Assembly: GCF_000743755.1 (NCBI RefSeq)
Contig: NW_014569532.1
Coordinates: 59,899-79,898 of the forward strand
DNA: 20,000 nucleotides
Direction: 5' to 3'
Source of the DNA: Blastocystis sp. subtype 4
Lineage: Eukaryota
Shown: piece by piece, positions 18,933 through 20,000 of the stretch
How positions within the stretch are numbered: position 1 is the stretch's first letter
Layout: each line of letters starts with the position of its first letter
Position numbers and translations under genes: made by a program
The notes under the pieces: generated by a model
Seen by the model: the letters and a program-made list of their open reading frames with translations, nothing else
The model's database searches: none
Told to the model about the DNA's origin: nothing

Positions 18933-20000
18933 CTAACAAGGATCAGTATTGTCGTTAGGATAAGGACCAGGAGCATAAGTGTCCAATGTATTACCCATCT
19001 CCCAGTTCCAAGTGAAACGACACTGCTTAGTATCCATCTCATCAGTCATATCATAATACCAAAGGTTCTTAGAATTCGTAGTAGAACACATTGGCTGATA
19101 TGTAACTGTCAGTTGCATAGCACGAATCTGTACTCCAGTCTCAGTTCGATTACAAGCGCTACTCAAGGAAGCATCAAATCCATTATTGTATAGGTTGTAA
19201 GCATTACCATTGAAGTTCATTTCAGTCAATTTAGGGAAATTCTCCTTATCAGTACACATTGTATTAAGATTTGACACAATGTTTGCTGTCAACTCCGTAG
19301 AATTAGTTAAAGCATCATGAGCAGCAGCATTATGACCAGTCACTTGGAAGTATTCAAGATTCTTGAAGTATCCCTTATCACTATTATCAACCATCCATTG
19401 AATCAGTGTGTTCAATCCTTCCATCTGGAAAGAACCATCTCCAAATACAATTCGAGAAGGATAAGTGAATTCAGAAAGAGAAATGAGAGGAATAGCAAGA
19501 GTAGCATCAACATATCTCACAATCTTGTAATCAGAATAGAAGTACATATCAATAGGAGCTGGATTTTTGGCAGTCTGAGCAGCCAGAGATGCACGGAACA
19601 ACTCAATAGAAGGTTGAGTCATTCCAGAAAGAGCAAGAACTCTGGTGTGCTTGAGAGCCTTAGCAGGGAAAGCATCTCTCACAGCCAGATATCTTCTCAC
19701 GACCTCAAGATCGGGAATGATCTGTTCATAACAAGTGGACTGAACTTCATAATTGCAGTTATCTCCAAGAATGAAAGGATCATAGATGGGGAACCAGGGC
19801 TCAGGAGTAGGAGTGGGAGTAGGTGTAGGAGTAGGTGTAGGAGTAGGTGTGACAGTTGGAGTAGGAGTAACAGTAGGAGTGGGTGTAGCAGTGGGAGTAG
19901 GAGTAGGAGGAATGGTAGGAGGCTCAGGAGTAGGAAGCAACTCAGTGACAATAGGACGAATAGCGAAACCAGCAATACCAGCAATGTTAGCATCAGCCTC
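18933..20000 (-). CDS. 3' part of a Pro/Thr-linker protein with an unrecognised Cys/Asn-rich C-terminal domain, likely secreted or surface-associated; 5' end lies outside the window
   Basis: The frame is open from the window edge (EADANIAGIAGFAIRPIVTELLPTPEPP) through a (PT)n linker to an intron-free domain of about 290 aa ending DPC-TAG. Confidence 0.75.
   Translation of the reverse strand, partial: EADANIAGIAGFAIRPIVTELLPTPEPPTIPPTPTPTATPTPTVTPTPTVTPTPTPTPTPTPTPTPEPWFPIYDPFILGDNCNYEVQSTCYEQIIPDLEVVRRYLAVRDAFPAKALKHTRVLALSGMTQPSIELFRASLAAQTAKNPAPIDMYFYSDYKIVRYVDATLAIPLISLSEFTYPSRIVFGDGSFQMEGLNTLIQWMVDNSDKGYFKNLEYFQVTGHNAAAHDALTNSTELTANIVSNLNTMCTDKENFPKLTEMNFNGNAYNLYNNGFDASLSSACNRTETGVQIRAMQLTVTYQPMCSTTNSKNLWYYDMTDEMDTKQCRFTWNWEMGNTLDTYAPGPYPNDNTDPC
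19800..19936 (-). repeat. (Pro-Thr)n hexamer coding repeat, a mucin-like linker
   Basis: The plus strand shows tandem GGAGTA/GGTGTA/GGAGTG units; translation PTPTPTATPTPTVTPTPTVTPTPTPTPTPTPTPTPEP. Confidence 0.9.

Noticed and set aside
19800..19936. Tandem repeats as a CRISPR array, telomeric repeat or mobile element
   Set aside because: In-frame degenerate hexamers encoding Pro-Thr, with no spacers or element hallmarks; the context is eukaryotic.
19697..19993. Leu-rich 98-aa ORF resembling a signal or TM protein
   Set aside because: It is an alternative frame of the (PT)n repeat.

Overview
This is a compact, AT-rich, intron-dense eukaryotic nuclear region, almost certainly Blastocystis (a stramenopile gut protist). 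Two hallmarks support this. First, about 47 manually traceable GT-AG introns are all 28-34 nt (mode 30). Second, a GU-rich (T)GTTTGTT poly(A)-positioning element sits just past the 3' end of all 12 genes. The ORF track is fragmented by introns. Manual splicing gives 12 genes: an EGF-repeat type I membrane protein, IMP4, a small CxxC zinc-finger protein, a hypothetical membrane protein, a GT92 glycosyltransferase, an EH-PX-BAR sorting nexin with an acidic tail, a MORN/LRR-like protein, a UBE2K/Ubc1-like E2, a USP deubiquitinase with a hidden C-terminal transmembrane anchor, a three-repeat Myb protein, an MFS transporter and a partial Pro/Thr-rich protein. Applying the published rule (cleavage 4 nt upstream of the GU element) predicts that IMP4, the MFS gene and the Myb gene get their stop codon from poly(A) addition (T+AA), and that five other genes have 0-1 nt 3' UTRs. 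The mechanism is already known in Blastocystis. The locus-specific cases, the tightly packed E2 plus tail-anchored DUB pair and the EH-PX-BAR architecture are the most notable items. All gene models are manual predictions without transcript evidence.
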